From Paramaledivibacter caminithermalis DSM 15212 (GTDB taxonomy: Bacteria > Bacillota > Clostridia > Peptostreptococcales > Caminicellaceae), in NCBI RefSeq assembly GCF_900142245.1, contig NZ_FRAG01000005.1, forward strand, positions 104,802 to 136,801: a DNA stretch of 32,000 nucleotides. The letters run 5' to 3'. Both the position numbers and the translations under genes were made by a program. A model generated the notes under the pieces. That model searched no databases. It had not been told where the DNA came from and worked only from the letters and a program-made list of their open reading frames with translations. This document shows positions 1 through 8,558 of this stretch, one piece after another (position 1 is the stretch's first letter; every line of letters starts with the position of its first letter).

Positions 1-710
1 CTGTAGATTTTTTGGAGGATATAGGATTAGAGTTTTATAAAATAGCTTCCTTTGAGGTTATAGATATACCTTTAATTAAATACGTGGCATCAAAGGGCAA
101 GCCAATTATTATGTCTACTGGAATGGCTACACTTAAAGAAATAAAAGAGGCAGTAAATGTTATAAAAGGACAAGGAAATAATAATCTATGTTTATTAAAG
201 TGTTCCAGTGCATACCCAGCAATTCCTGACGATATGAATTTAAAAACCATAAATAATCTAAAAGAAATCTTTAATATACCTATTGGACTTTCCGATCATT
301 CCATGGGTTTTATTGGTGCGGTAACAGCAGTAGCTTTAGGTGCTAAGGTTATTGAAAAACATTTTTGTTTGAGTAGAGAAATAAAAACTCCTGATTCTTC
401 TTTTTCAATGGAACCAGATGAATTTAAAGAAATGGTTAAAAATATTAGATTAGCTGAAAGGGCTATAGGAAAGGTTAATTATGATATATCTCCTAATGAA
501 GAGGTAAGTAGGAAACATAGAAAATCTATATTTATTGTAAAAGATATAAAAAAAGGGGAAAAATTTACTGAGGAAAATATTAGAGTCATAAGACCTGCTC
601 AAGGGCTATTGCCTAAGTATTATGATGATATTCTAGGAAAATATGCTTCAATGGATATTGAAAGGGGTACGCCTTTAGATTGGGATATGATTTTAAATAA
701 TAATCAATAA
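1..710 (+). CDS. pseI: Nonulosonic acid synthase, NeuB/PseI family, 5'-truncated by the window edge; probably pseudaminic acid synthase
   Basis: The frame is open back to base 3 (VDFLEDIGLEFYKIASFE). NeuB-type motifs are present (KPIIMSTGMAT, LLKCSSAYP, GLSDHS), as is a C-terminal SAF-like domain (IFIVKDIKKGEKFTEENIRVIRP). pseH- and pseG-like genes lie next to it. Confidence 0.8.
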   Translation, partial: VDFLEDIGLEFYKIASFEVIDIPLIKYVASKGKPIIMSTGMATLKEIKEAVNVIKGQGNNNLCLLKCSSAYPAIPDDMNLKTINNLKEIFNIPIGLSDHSMGFIGAVTAVALGAKVIEKHFCLSREIKTPDSSFSMEPDEFKEMVKNIRLAERAIGKVNYDISPNEEVSRKHRKSIFIVKDIKKGEKFTEENIRVIRPAQGLLPKYYDDILGKYASMDIERGTPLDWDMILNNNQ

Positions 711-772
711 GTTGATCTGCAAAACAGAAAATTTTATTTATTAGTTTGGCAGATTGATTAAAAATTAAAAAG

Positions 773-1375
773 GTGATGCTTATGAATAAAAAAATAACAT
801 TCATTGATATCACGAAAAGTGATAATGATATAAAGCAGCAATTAAGGTATTGGAGAAATCAAGAATTTATAAGAAAAAATATGTTTAATCAGGATATTAT
901 ATCAAAGGAAGACCATGAAAAATTTCTTAGAAAATTAGAGGAAGATGATTCCACTAAGGTATTTTTAACCTTTTATGATAATAGACCATTTGGAGTTTTG
1001 AACTATCATTTAAGAGAAGAAGACAGTTTAGAGTTTGGGTATTATCTGATAGACGAAAAGCATATAAGTAGTGGATTGGGTGCTGTATTGGAATATGTTT
1101 TACTAAATCATGCTTTTTATAATTTAAAAGTCAAAAAAGTATATTGTAGGACATTGACATATAATAAGAAGGTTATTAATTTACACAAAAAGTTTGGTTT
1201 TATTGTCCAAAAGACATTAAAAAATATTATCAAAAGAGATGGCAAGTCTTTAGATGCGTGTATGCAGGTGATTTATCCCGAGATATGGGAGAAGCAAAGG
1301 ACAAAAATTAAAAAGATAATTAAATATATAATTCCTTTAGATGATATTGGTATATTAAAGGTGGAGGGAAAATAA
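773..1375 (+). CDS. pseH: GNAT N-acetyltransferase, PseH-like (UDP-4-amino-4,6-dideoxy-N-acetyl-beta-L-altrosamine N-acetyltransferase family)
   Basis: About 200 aa with PseH-like N-terminal pattern (FIDITKSD..LRYWRNQEFIRKNM..HEKFL) and a GNAT core. Sits between pseI and pseG. Start is ambiguous (GTG 773, ATG 776 or ATG 782); ATG 782 has the best spacing to the AAAAGG at 767-772. Confidence 0.7.
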   Translation: MMLMNKKITFIDITKSDNDIKQQLRYWRNQEFIRKNMFNQDIISKEDHEKFLRKLEEDDSTKVFLTFYDNRPFGVLNYHLREEDSLEFGYYLIDEKHISSGLGAVLEYVLLNHAFYNLKVKKVYCRTLTYNKKVINLHKKFGFIVQKTLKNIIKRDGKSLDACMQVIYPEIWEKQRTKIKKIIKYIIPLDDIGILKVEGK

Positions 1376-1590
1376 TGGATAAGCTACTAGAGATTTTTTC
1401 AGATATTTTAGAAATAGATATACACGAAGATGATTTAGAGCTAACAAAAGAAGAAATTGAAGAATGGGATTCTCTTGCCCAAATTCAAATTATTGCAGAG
1501 ATAGAAGAACAATTTGGAGTAAGTATTCCCTTTGAAGAGATAGAAACAATTAATAAATTAGGAGATTTTTTAAAATATATTGGAAAGTAA
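1375..1590 (+). CDS. Acyl/peptidyl carrier protein (71 aa)
   Basis: Small acidic protein with a phosphopantetheine-attachment-like motif (EEWDSLAQIQII). Its start overlaps the pseH stop (TAATG at 1373-1377). It lies directly upstream of the FkbH-like gene. Confidence 0.75.
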   Translation: MDKLLEIFSDILEIDIHEDDLELTKEEIEEWDSLAQIQIIAEIEEQFGVSIPFEEIETINKLGDFLKYIGK

Positions 1591-1605
1591 ACTGGAGTGA
1601 TAGAT

Positions 1606-3258
1606 ATGAAAATTTCACTGCTTTCAAACATAAATATAGATTTACTTGCAAAAAAACTAAGAAGGGATTATGAAGTTTATAAGCCTGAAGGATATGGGGT
1701 TTGGGTTCAGGAGATGTTAAATAAAAACTCTGGACTAAATAATTATAATCCTGATATAGTTTTTATCCTTCTTGATGGAGATGAGCTTATCAATAAGGAC
1801 TTAGATATTGTATACATTAGAAAAGAGATAGATACTAATATAGGATATATTGAAAACTATATAAAGAATAATATTAAGACCCATGTATTTGTAAATAATT
1901 TAGATTTATCTATTAATAAAGTACAAAGTATAAAGGATATTAGGGTAGAAAGAATAATACAAAGTTATTGGTACGAAAAGCTATGGGATTTAAATAATAA
2001 GTATGGAAATTTTTATATATTTGATATAAAGACATTGATTGAGTCCATTGGTAGAAATGAGTTTTATTCTAAAAAATTATGGTATCTTGGGGGAATAAAG
2101 TTTTCTTCCAAAGGCGATAAGCTTATTAAAAAAGAAATTGATAGGTGTGTAGGGGCTTTTAAAGGGCAGAGAAAGAAGTGTCTAATATTAGATTTAGATA
2201 ATACCCTATGGGGTGGGATAATAGGTGAAGATGGGATGGATAGAATTATCCTATCGGAACATAAAGAGGGAGCCAGATATAAGGATTTTCAAAAGAGGCT
2301 TAAAGAAATAAAGAACACAGGTGTAATTTTAGCGGTAGTATCTAAAAATAATTATGATGATGCTTTAGAAGTATTTAAAAATCATAAGCATATGATTTTA
2401 AATGAAGAAGATTTTGTTTTGATGAAGATAAACTGGAAGTCAAAGGCAGAGAATATTAGAGAAATAGCTGAAGAGTTAAATATTGGACTGGATTCATTGG
2501 TATTTATTGATGATAATCCCGTTGAAAGGGAAAGCATCAAATCACAAATACCAGAGGTAGTTGTTCCAGAGTTTCCCGATGATACGGCTGAACTTGAGAA
2601 ATTTATAATAGATATTTATAATGATTATTTTTTAAGTATTAAAGCTACCGAAGAAGATAAGAAAAAAACGAATATGTATAAGCAGAATTTTAATAGGGAA
2701 AAGGAAATGAAAAGCACAGCTTCCTTTGAAGAATTTTTAAAAAATCTTAATACAAAGATTAAAATTTGGAAGGCAAAGGAAGATGATATTGAGAGAGCAG
2801 CACAATTAACTCAGAAAACAAATCAATTTAATTTGACCACTAAAAGATACTTAGAATCTGACATAGACAGATTTATTAGTTCCGATAAATACGATGTTTA
2901 TATAGCCTCTATAGAAGATAAATTTGGAGATAATGGTAAGGTTTCTTTGATTATAATAGAAAAAAATGATGATAAGACAGTCAAGATAGATACATTTTTA
3001 ATGAGTTGTAGAGTTATGGGAAGATTTATAGAAGAACAGATTATAGATTTTATTGAAGATAAATACAAGAGAAAAGGTTATGAGAAAATAATCTCTTACT
3101 ATTATCCAACAAGAAAAAATAAACCTGTAGAGACCTTATTTGAAGACTTAGGATATATTTTAGTTGACAAAGATAAATATGGGAATAAAAGTTATGAGCT
3201 TTTATTAGATAAAATTAATAATGAAAGAAAAAAATATGGAGAGCTGATGGAATTATGA
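1606..3258 (+). CDS. FkbH-like HAD-superfamily (subfamily IIIC) protein with a C-terminal GNAT-like half
   Basis: HAD motif I LDLDNTLWGGIIGEDG, later VFIDDNP, and a C-terminal TQKTNQFNLTTKRY...FLMSCRVMGR typical of FkbH-domain proteins. The ORF opens at GTG 1597, but ATG 1606 follows the SD GGAGTGAT (1594-1601). Confidence 0.8.
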   Translation: MKISLLSNINIDLLAKKLRRDYEVYKPEGYGVWVQEMLNKNSGLNNYNPDIVFILLDGDELINKDLDIVYIRKEIDTNIGYIENYIKNNIKTHVFVNNLDLSINKVQSIKDIRVERIIQSYWYEKLWDLNNKYGNFYIFDIKTLIESIGRNEFYSKKLWYLGGIKFSSKGDKLIKKEIDRCVGAFKGQRKKCLILDLDNTLWGGIIGEDGMDRIILSEHKEGARYKDFQKRLKEIKNTGVILAVVSKNNYDDALEVFKNHKHMILNEEDFVLMKINWKSKAENIREIAEELNIGLDSLVFIDDNPVERESIKSQIPEVVVPEFPDDTAELEKFIIDIYNDYFLSIKATEEDKKKTNMYKQNFNREKEMKSTASFEEFLKNLNTKIKIWKAKEDDIERAAQLTQKTNQFNLTTKRYLESDIDRFISSDKYDVYIASIEDKFGDNGKVSLIIIEKNDDKTVKIDTFLMSCRVMGRFIEEQIIDFIEDKYKRKGYEKIISYYYPTRKNKPVETLFEDLGYILVDKDKYGNKSYELLLDKINNERKKYGELMEL

Positions 3259-3644
3259 AAATACATCATATAGGTTATGCGGTGAAAGATATTGATTTTT
3301 CTATCAATCAGTTTAAAAAAATAGGATATAAAATGCATAAAGACAAAGTTATAGATGATAATAGAAAAGTAATTATTCAATTTATGAAAAATAATAGCTA
3401 CATGATAGAGTTAATTTCACCATTAGATAAAGATTCACCAATAAACAATATTATAAAAAAAGTAGGTAGTGGGCCTTATCATATTTGTTATGAGACAAAT
3501 GATATTGAGAAAGAAATAGATATTTTATTGAAAGATAAATATATATTGATTGAAAAGCCAAGTAAAGCCATTGCAATAGAAAATAGGATAGTAGCTTTTT
3601 TATTTAATAAGGATATAGGTATCATAGAACTAGTTGAAATTTAG
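3255..3644 (+). CDS. VOC (glyoxalase/bleomycin-resistance/methylmalonyl-CoA-epimerase-like) family protein
   Basis: 129 aa. N-terminal MKIHHIGYAVKDID and a mid-protein GPYHICYE resemble the paired beta-alpha-beta-beta-beta metal-binding modules of VOC/epimerase proteins. ATGA start/stop overlap with the FkbH gene. Confidence 0.6.
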   Translation: MKIHHIGYAVKDIDFSINQFKKIGYKMHKDKVIDDNRKVIIQFMKNNSYMIELISPLDKDSPINNIIKKVGSGPYHICYETNDIEKEIDILLKDKYILIEKPSKAIAIENRIVAFLFNKDIGIIELVEI

Positions 3645-3649
3645 TTTAT

Positions 3650-4768
3650 ATGAGTAAGAGAAAGGAGAAAAGAGAAAGGAGAAAAGCCTTTTCTCTGTTA
3701 TATACGATGTATAATATTTTATTCAGGGTAGATGGTTCATCTAATATAGGCATGGGGCATGTCATGAGAAGTCTTACAATAGCTAAAGAGTTTAGAAAAA
3801 TGAATTGCAACGTAGTATTTATTTCTAAATATAAGGAAGGCGTAGAAAAAATCCTTGAAGAAGATTTTAATGTAATAAAGTTAAGGAATGGTATACATTT
3901 AAAAGGATATGACTATGGAGAAGAAAGTGAACTAAAGGCTGAACTAGAAGAGTTACAGAAAATATTTAACAATTATTCCTATATAGATTTATTTTTGGTG
4001 GATAGCTACAATGTAACAGATAATTATTTTTTAGAAATAAAAAAATATGTTAATAGGCTAGCTTATATAGATGATATCAATAAATTTTGTAAGCATATTG
4101 ACATACTTATCAATGGAAATATTACTGCTAATGACATGGGATATAAGAAATATAGAGAAGATCAATTATTGTTTTTAGGAACAAAATATAATTTGATAAG
4201 AGACGAGTTTAAAAATCTACCTAAGAGAAGTGTAAACGATGATGTAAGAAAAGTTATGATAACAACTGGTGGAGCTGATCCTTATAATATGAGTATAAAG
4301 CTATTAGATATACTGCTAAAAAGTGAAAAATCAAGGAATTTGCAGTATTATGTAGTGTTGGGAAAAGGCTTTAAGAATAAAGAAAAGCTAAAAGATTTTA
4401 GTAAAAAATATGCTAATGTAGTTTTAAAAGAAAATGTTAAATATATGTCTAAAATAATGCTAGAATGTGATGTGGCAATATCAGCAGGTGGTGGAACCTT
4501 ATATGAATTGTGTTCATGTGGAACACCTACTATAGCCTTTATAGTAGCAGAAAATCAAGAAAAATTAGTTGATAAGCTCAGTAGGTTAAAATACATAAAA
4601 TCCATCGGATGGTATGATGAAATTACAAAAAATAAATTAATTTCAGTTTTTAATAAACTTTGCAGAGATAAAGATGCAAGAAAAGATATGTCTTCTAGGG
4701 GGCAATTTCTTGTAGATGGGCTAGGTGGCAGTAGAATCACCAAGGAAATTATAAATTCCTTAACTTAG
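3650..4768 (+). CDS. pseG: PseG-like UDP-2,4-diacetamido-2,4,6-trideoxy-beta-L-altropyranose hydrolase (GT-B fold)
   Basis: FRVDGSSNIGMGHVMRSLTIA is the typical PseG N-terminus, and a GT28-like C-terminal half is present (ITTGGADP, AISAGGGTLYEL). The true start may be ATG 3707 (MYNILFRVDG); the basic 19-aa extension from 3650 is unusual for this family. Confidence 0.75.
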   Translation: MSKRKEKRERRKAFSLLYTMYNILFRVDGSSNIGMGHVMRSLTIAKEFRKMNCNVVFISKYKEGVEKILEEDFNVIKLRNGIHLKGYDYGEESELKAELEELQKIFNNYSYIDLFLVDSYNVTDNYFLEIKKYVNRLAYIDDINKFCKHIDILINGNITANDMGYKKYREDQLLFLGTKYNLIRDEFKNLPKRSVNDDVRKVMITTGGADPYNMSIKLLDILLKSEKSRNLQYYVVLGKGFKNKEKLKDFSKKYANVVLKENVKYMSKIMLECDVAISAGGGTLYELCSCGTPTIAFIVAENQEKLVDKLSRLKYIKSIGWYDEITKNKLISVFNKLCRDKDARKDMSSRGQFLVDGLGGSRITKEIINSLT

Positions 4769-4820
4769 ATGAAATATTGTTTTTTTAGCTATAAATTACG
4801 ATATTTTTTATATACATATT

Positions 4821-4847
4821 TAAACTTTTTATTTGTTCCACCGATAT
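4821..4847 (+). promoter_or_regulatory. Sigma-D (sigma-28/FliA) type promoter for flaG-fliD-fliS
   Basis: TAAA (4821-4824), 15-nt spacer, ACCGATAT (4840-4847). This matches the Bacillus sigma-D consensus TAAA-N15-GCCGATAT. It lies 40 nt upstream of the flaG ATG. Confidence 0.7.
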
Positions 4848-4886
4848 ATATTATAGGAATACATTTAATAGGACGGAGGTATTATT

Positions 4887-5261
4887 ATGAGAATTGAAGG
4901 CATAACAAGTGTTTTTGCTAACCAATCAATAAATAGTATTATAGATATGAATAATGTAGATGCAGTAGACAGTGCCAGACAATTGAGAAGCAGCGAAAAT
5001 AATGGAAGCAGCAGGAGAGAAGAAGATATACCACTGTCAGAAAAAACAATTAAGGAAGCAGTTGATAAAGCCAATAAAAAGTTGGTATTAGCCGATAGAA
5101 AATTTGAACTTAGCATAAATGATGAGACTAATGATATAATAGTAAAGGTAATAAATAAAGAAACCGATGAAGTAGTAAGAGAAATACCATCTGAAAAGAT
5201 ATTGGATATGGTTGCAAAGATGATGGAGCTTGCAGGGCTATTTGTGGATGAAAGAAGATAG
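4887..5261 (+). CDS. flaG: Flagellar protein FlaG
   Basis: 124 aa. The C-terminal LSINDETNDIIVKVINKETDEVVREIPSEKILDMVAKM is the FlaG-family signature. RBS GGACGGAGG. Position upstream of fliD. Confidence 0.85.
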   Translation: MRIEGITSVFANQSINSIIDMNNVDAVDSARQLRSSENNGSSRREEDIPLSEKTIKEAVDKANKKLVLADRKFELSINDETNDIIVKVINKETDEVVREIPSEKILDMVAKMMELAGLFVDERR

Positions 5262-5279
5262 CTTAGGGGGGGATACTAT

Positions 5280-6830
5280 ATGAGTATGAATCTAACTAGA
5301 ATAACAGGTATGTATTCTGGATTTGATACGGATCAATTAGTAAAGGATTTAATAAAAGCTGAAAGTATAAAGGTAGATAAAATAAAGCAAGACAAGATAT
5401 ATACCGAATGGCAGCAGGAAGCCTATAGGGATATTATTAACGAGATTAGGGCATTTAAGGATGAATATTTTAGCTATACAAAACCAGAAACTAACTTTAG
5501 ATCAACATCCTCTTTTGTTGGATATGAAGCAAATATGAAAGACGAAAGTAATAATTATTACCTAGATGTTGGCGTTACTTCAGCTTCTGTTACAGGGAAT
5601 TATACCATAACAGATATAACCTTATCTGAAAGTGCTATTAAACAAGGTAATAATACCTTTCTATTAGGAAACTCTGATCTTGATAAAACATTGGAAGAAC
5701 TAGGATATGTAGATGGAGTTGAGTTTACTATAGAAGCAACAAATGCCGCTGGAGAGACAAAGAGTGATACTATAGCCCTTACGAAGGATAAAAAATTGCG
5801 AGATGTACTATCAGAGGTGAACAGTAGAGATTTAGATGTAGAAATGTATTATGATGAGATAAAAAACAGTGTGATAATTAAAACAGATGATACTGGTAGC
5901 ACTGCTTCACTTTCAAACATAAAGGATACTGGTGGAGCAGGAGACTTAATTGCTGACTTAGGATTGGTTATTGATAAAGGTATCGATGCCCCTATTACAG
6001 GAGTAGATGCCAAAGTAAAAATAACAGATGATAGTGGTGCTTCAAAAGAAGTATCTAGTTCAAATAATTCTGTTACAGTAAATGGAGTAACCTTAGATTT
6101 AAAACAGAATTTAACTGGAGGAAACATAGAATTCAGTGTGTCATCTAATGCTGATGGTATTGTTGATAATATAAAGGGATTTGTTAATAAGTATAATGAA
6201 TTGATAGAAAAAATTAATACGGAATTAACTGAAAAAAAATATCGTGATTTTAAGCCATTAACAGAGGATCAAAAGAAGGAGCTTACTGAAGATGAGGTGA
6301 AGAAATGGGAAGAAAAAGCGAAAAGTGGCTTGCTAAAGAATGACAGCATCCTTGGGAGTATGCTTAGAAATATGAGAAGCATATTATATGATTCAGTAGA
6401 TGGCATGGCTTTATATGACATTGGAATTACTACAAGTTCCGATTATAAGGATAAAGGTAAGCTTATTATTGATGAAGAAAAGCTAAAAAAAGCTATACAG
6501 GATAAGCCTAATCAAGTAGCCAATTTATTTTCTAAGGAGGATGAGGGATTAGCAAATAAGCTGTATGATGTTATTGAAGACAATATATCCACTAGAACCG
6601 ATTCTTATGGTAGAAAAGGTCTGCTTCTAGAGAAGGCTGGAATTGAAGGAGATAGGACGGCTGAGGACAACCTTTTAAGTGATAAAATTAAGGGATACGA
6701 AGATAGGATAACAGAATTATTACAAGATTTAAATGATAAAGAAAACTATTATTATACAATGTTTGCAAAAATGGAAAAAGCGCTAGCGAAAATGAATTCG
6801 CAATCATCCTTCTTTATGGGTCAAATGTAA
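5280..6830 (+). CDS. fliD: Flagellar filament capping protein FliD
   Basis: 516 aa. N-terminal RITGMYSGFDTDQLVKDLIKAE and C-terminal coiled coil (YYYTMFAKMEKALAKMNSQSSF) are typical of FliD. flaG-fliD-fliS synteny. Confidence 0.9.
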   Translation: MSMNLTRITGMYSGFDTDQLVKDLIKAESIKVDKIKQDKIYTEWQQEAYRDIINEIRAFKDEYFSYTKPETNFRSTSSFVGYEANMKDESNNYYLDVGVTSASVTGNYTITDITLSESAIKQGNNTFLLGNSDLDKTLEELGYVDGVEFTIEATNAAGETKSDTIALTKDKKLRDVLSEVNSRDLDVEMYYDEIKNSVIIKTDDTGSTASLSNIKDTGGAGDLIADLGLVIDKGIDAPITGVDAKVKITDDSGASKEVSSSNNSVTVNGVTLDLKQNLTGGNIEFSVSSNADGIVDNIKGFVNKYNELIEKINTELTEKKYRDFKPLTEDQKKELTEDEVKKWEEKAKSGLLKNDSILGSMLRNMRSILYDSVDGMALYDIGITTSSDYKDKGKLIIDEEKLKKAIQDKPNQVANLFSKEDEGLANKLYDVIEDNISTRTDSYGRKGLLLEKAGIEGDRTAEDNLLSDKIKGYEDRITELLQDLNDKENYYYTMFAKMEKALAKMNSQSSFFMGQM

Positions 6831-6862
6831 AAAATGTTGTGCAAATTTTAGGGGGTAAAATA

Positions 6863-7243
6863 ATGGGATTACAAAATCCTTATCAGAAATATAAGCAAAA
6901 TTCTATTATGACAGCAACTCCTCAGGAGTTGGTATTATTACTTTATAATGGAGCTATGAAATTTTTAAAGCAAGCTATATTGCATTTGGAAAACAAGGAT
7001 ATACCAAAAGCCCATAGTGCAATAATAAGGGTTCAGAACATAACCTTGGAATTTATGGCTACAGTAGATAGGAATTATGAAGTCGGTGAAAATTTATACA
7101 ACCTATATGATTATATGTATAATAGGCTAATACAGGCTAATATTTCAAAGGAAGCTAAGATGTTGCAAGAAGTATATGATATGTATAAAGAGCTTAGGGA
7201 TACCTGGGAGGAAGCTATGAAGATAGCTAAGAAAGGAAAATAG
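6863..7243 (+). CDS. fliS: Flagellar export chaperone FliS
   Basis: NPYQKYKQNSIMTATPQELVLLLYNGAMKFL is the FliS N-terminus. ATG 6863 follows RBS AGGGGG (6850-6855); the ORF-track start at 6839 is an upstream GTG. Confidence 0.9.
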   Translation: MGLQNPYQKYKQNSIMTATPQELVLLLYNGAMKFLKQAILHLENKDIPKAHSAIIRVQNITLEFMATVDRNYEVGENLYNLYDYMYNRLIQANISKEAKMLQEVYDMYKELRDTWEEAMKIAKKGK

Positions 7244-7244
7244 T

Positions 7245-7712
7245 ATGGATAAAGATTGTGAAATCTTTAAAATGATGAATGGATTATTAGAGGATAAATT
7301 AGACCTCTTAAATCAAATATATGATCTTACAATATTGCAATATGAAAAAATTGAAGAGGATAGTATCGAAAAGCTTCTAAGTCTTATAAATAGTAAGCAA
7401 ATCAGAATAGAGAAAATAAAAAATATTGATACTAGGTATTCTGATATATTAGAAAAGAATTTTGGGAAAAAACTTTGCCAACTAAATTTAAAGGATAATT
7501 TAATTTTAAGGCTTAAGGATAAAGAAGATAAAACTAAGGAATTAGCAGCGAAGATTTATGAAATAGAACAGAATAATAAGCATATATTAATAAAAAAAAT
7601 GGATGAAGTAAAGAGACAGTTAAAAGGCTGTAAAACGGGCAAAAAAGTAACATCTGGTTATTATAAAATACCAACACAAGCTGGAGGATATTTTATTGAT
7701 AAAAAAAGCTAA
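7245..7712 (+). CDS. Helical FlgN/FliT-like protein, putative flagellar chaperone (tentative)
   Basis: 155 aa, predicted all-helical and K/E/L/I-rich. It occupies the position that fliT holds after fliS in Bacillus. Shares architecture with the ORF at 7987-8478. Confidence 0.4.
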   Translation: MDKDCEIFKMMNGLLEDKLDLLNQIYDLTILQYEKIEEDSIEKLLSLINSKQIRIEKIKNIDTRYSDILEKNFGKKLCQLNLKDNLILRLKDKEDKTKELAAKIYEIEQNNKHILIKKMDEVKRQLKGCKTGKKVTSGYYKIPTQAGGYFIDKKS

Positions 7713-7738
7713 AAACCTTGATTGGAGTGATGGCATTT

Positions 7739-7933
7739 ATGGGAATAAGTTCTTTTCAAACAGAAAATCTCCAAAGTCTCCAAAGTACCTTGAGTATAGC
7801 TGCTATAGATATGGCAATAGGGCAAGATGCACAATCTATGACTGCAATGGTAGAGGATATGGAACAGATTTCTAAGGCTTTAGAAAGATCAGTAACTCCT
7901 CACAAGGGCGGTAGTATTGACATTAAGCTTTAA
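7739..7933 (+). CDS. YjfB-like putative motility protein
   Basis: Small protein ending SVTPHKGGSIDIKL, with an internal ...AIDMAIGQDAQSMTAMVEDM. This resembles the YjfB_motility family (...HPxLGxxIDIKA end). The ORF opens at TTG 7718; ATG 7730 or 7739 follow the SD GGAGTGAT (7724-7731). Confidence 0.6.
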   Translation: MGISSFQTENLQSLQSTLSIAAIDMAIGQDAQSMTAMVEDMEQISKALERSVTPHKGGSIDIKL

Positions 7934-7939
7934 GCTATA

Positions 7940-7967
7940 AAGCAAGTAGGGCTTCCTACTTGCTTTT
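7940..7967 (+). terminator. Rho-independent terminator after the yjfB-like gene
   Basis: Perfect 11-bp stem AAGCAAGTAGG / CCTACTTGCTT, 4-nt loop GCTT, followed by a run of T. Confidence 0.75.
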
Positions 7968-7986
7968 AGCATATATAATAAAAAGA

Positions 7987-8478
7987 ATGGATGATAGAAT
8001 GTCTAGCAAAGAACTTATAGATAAATTAATTGAAATAAGTAAAAACAAATACAGATATTTAAATATAATTTTAGGTATTCAAAAAAACCTCAGTATATAT
8101 ATTAAGGAAGAAAAAATACAAAATATCCTGAGACAAATTGACCTTAATGATAGATATATGTCAAAAGTCCAAGGATTTGATAGGGATTTTTATAGTCTTT
8201 TTAACAAGTTAAAGTCTAATCTTGGAATAGATAGTATCGATAAAATTGATGTAAAAAAATATCCACAATTAAAAGAATTAAAAAAAATTGTTGTTGAAAT
8301 TTTAAAACTAGATGAAGAAATAAGGATTATTGAGAATCAAAATATTAAAATAATAAAAAAGGACAAGGGTGAAATAAGTAATAAATTAAGGGGAATAAAG
8401 CAGGGAACAAATGCTGATAAAGCCTATAAGACTCAAAAAAATCTTCTCAAAGGAACATCATTCAATAAGAAAAAGTGA
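7987..8478 (+). CDS. Helical FlgN-like hypothetical protein, paralog-like to 7245-7712
   Basis: The ORF opens at TTG 7960 inside the upstream terminator stem, so ATG 7987 or 7999 is more plausible. C-terminal ...ISNKLRGIKQGTNADKAYK parallels ...VKRQLKGCKTGKKVTSGYYK of the upstream protein. Confidence 0.45.
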   Translation: MDDRMSSKELIDKLIEISKNKYRYLNIILGIQKNLSIYIKEEKIQNILRQIDLNDRYMSKVQGFDRDFYSLFNKLKSNLGIDSIDKIDVKKYPQLKELKKIVVEILKLDEEIRIIENQNIKIIKKDKGEISNKLRGIKQGTNADKAYKTQKNLLKGTSFNKKK

Positions 8479-8558
8479 TATTATATTCTTCATTCTTCTC
8501 CTCACTATTCTCTCAAATTAAATTATATGATAAAATGATATAAAAAAGGGGTGAGAGC

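Noticed and set aside
3650-3706. Highly basic N-terminal extension (MSKRKEKRERRKAFSLLYT) on PseG as a special targeting or nucleic-acid-binding tail
   Set aside because: It is more likely an ORF-calling artefact. The purine-rich AAAGGAGAAAAGAGAAAGGAGAAAAG tract reads like a ribosome-binding or spacer region, and PseG homologues begin near the MYNILFRVDG position (ATG 3707). Neither start has an ideal SD spacing, so this is left open in the feature note.
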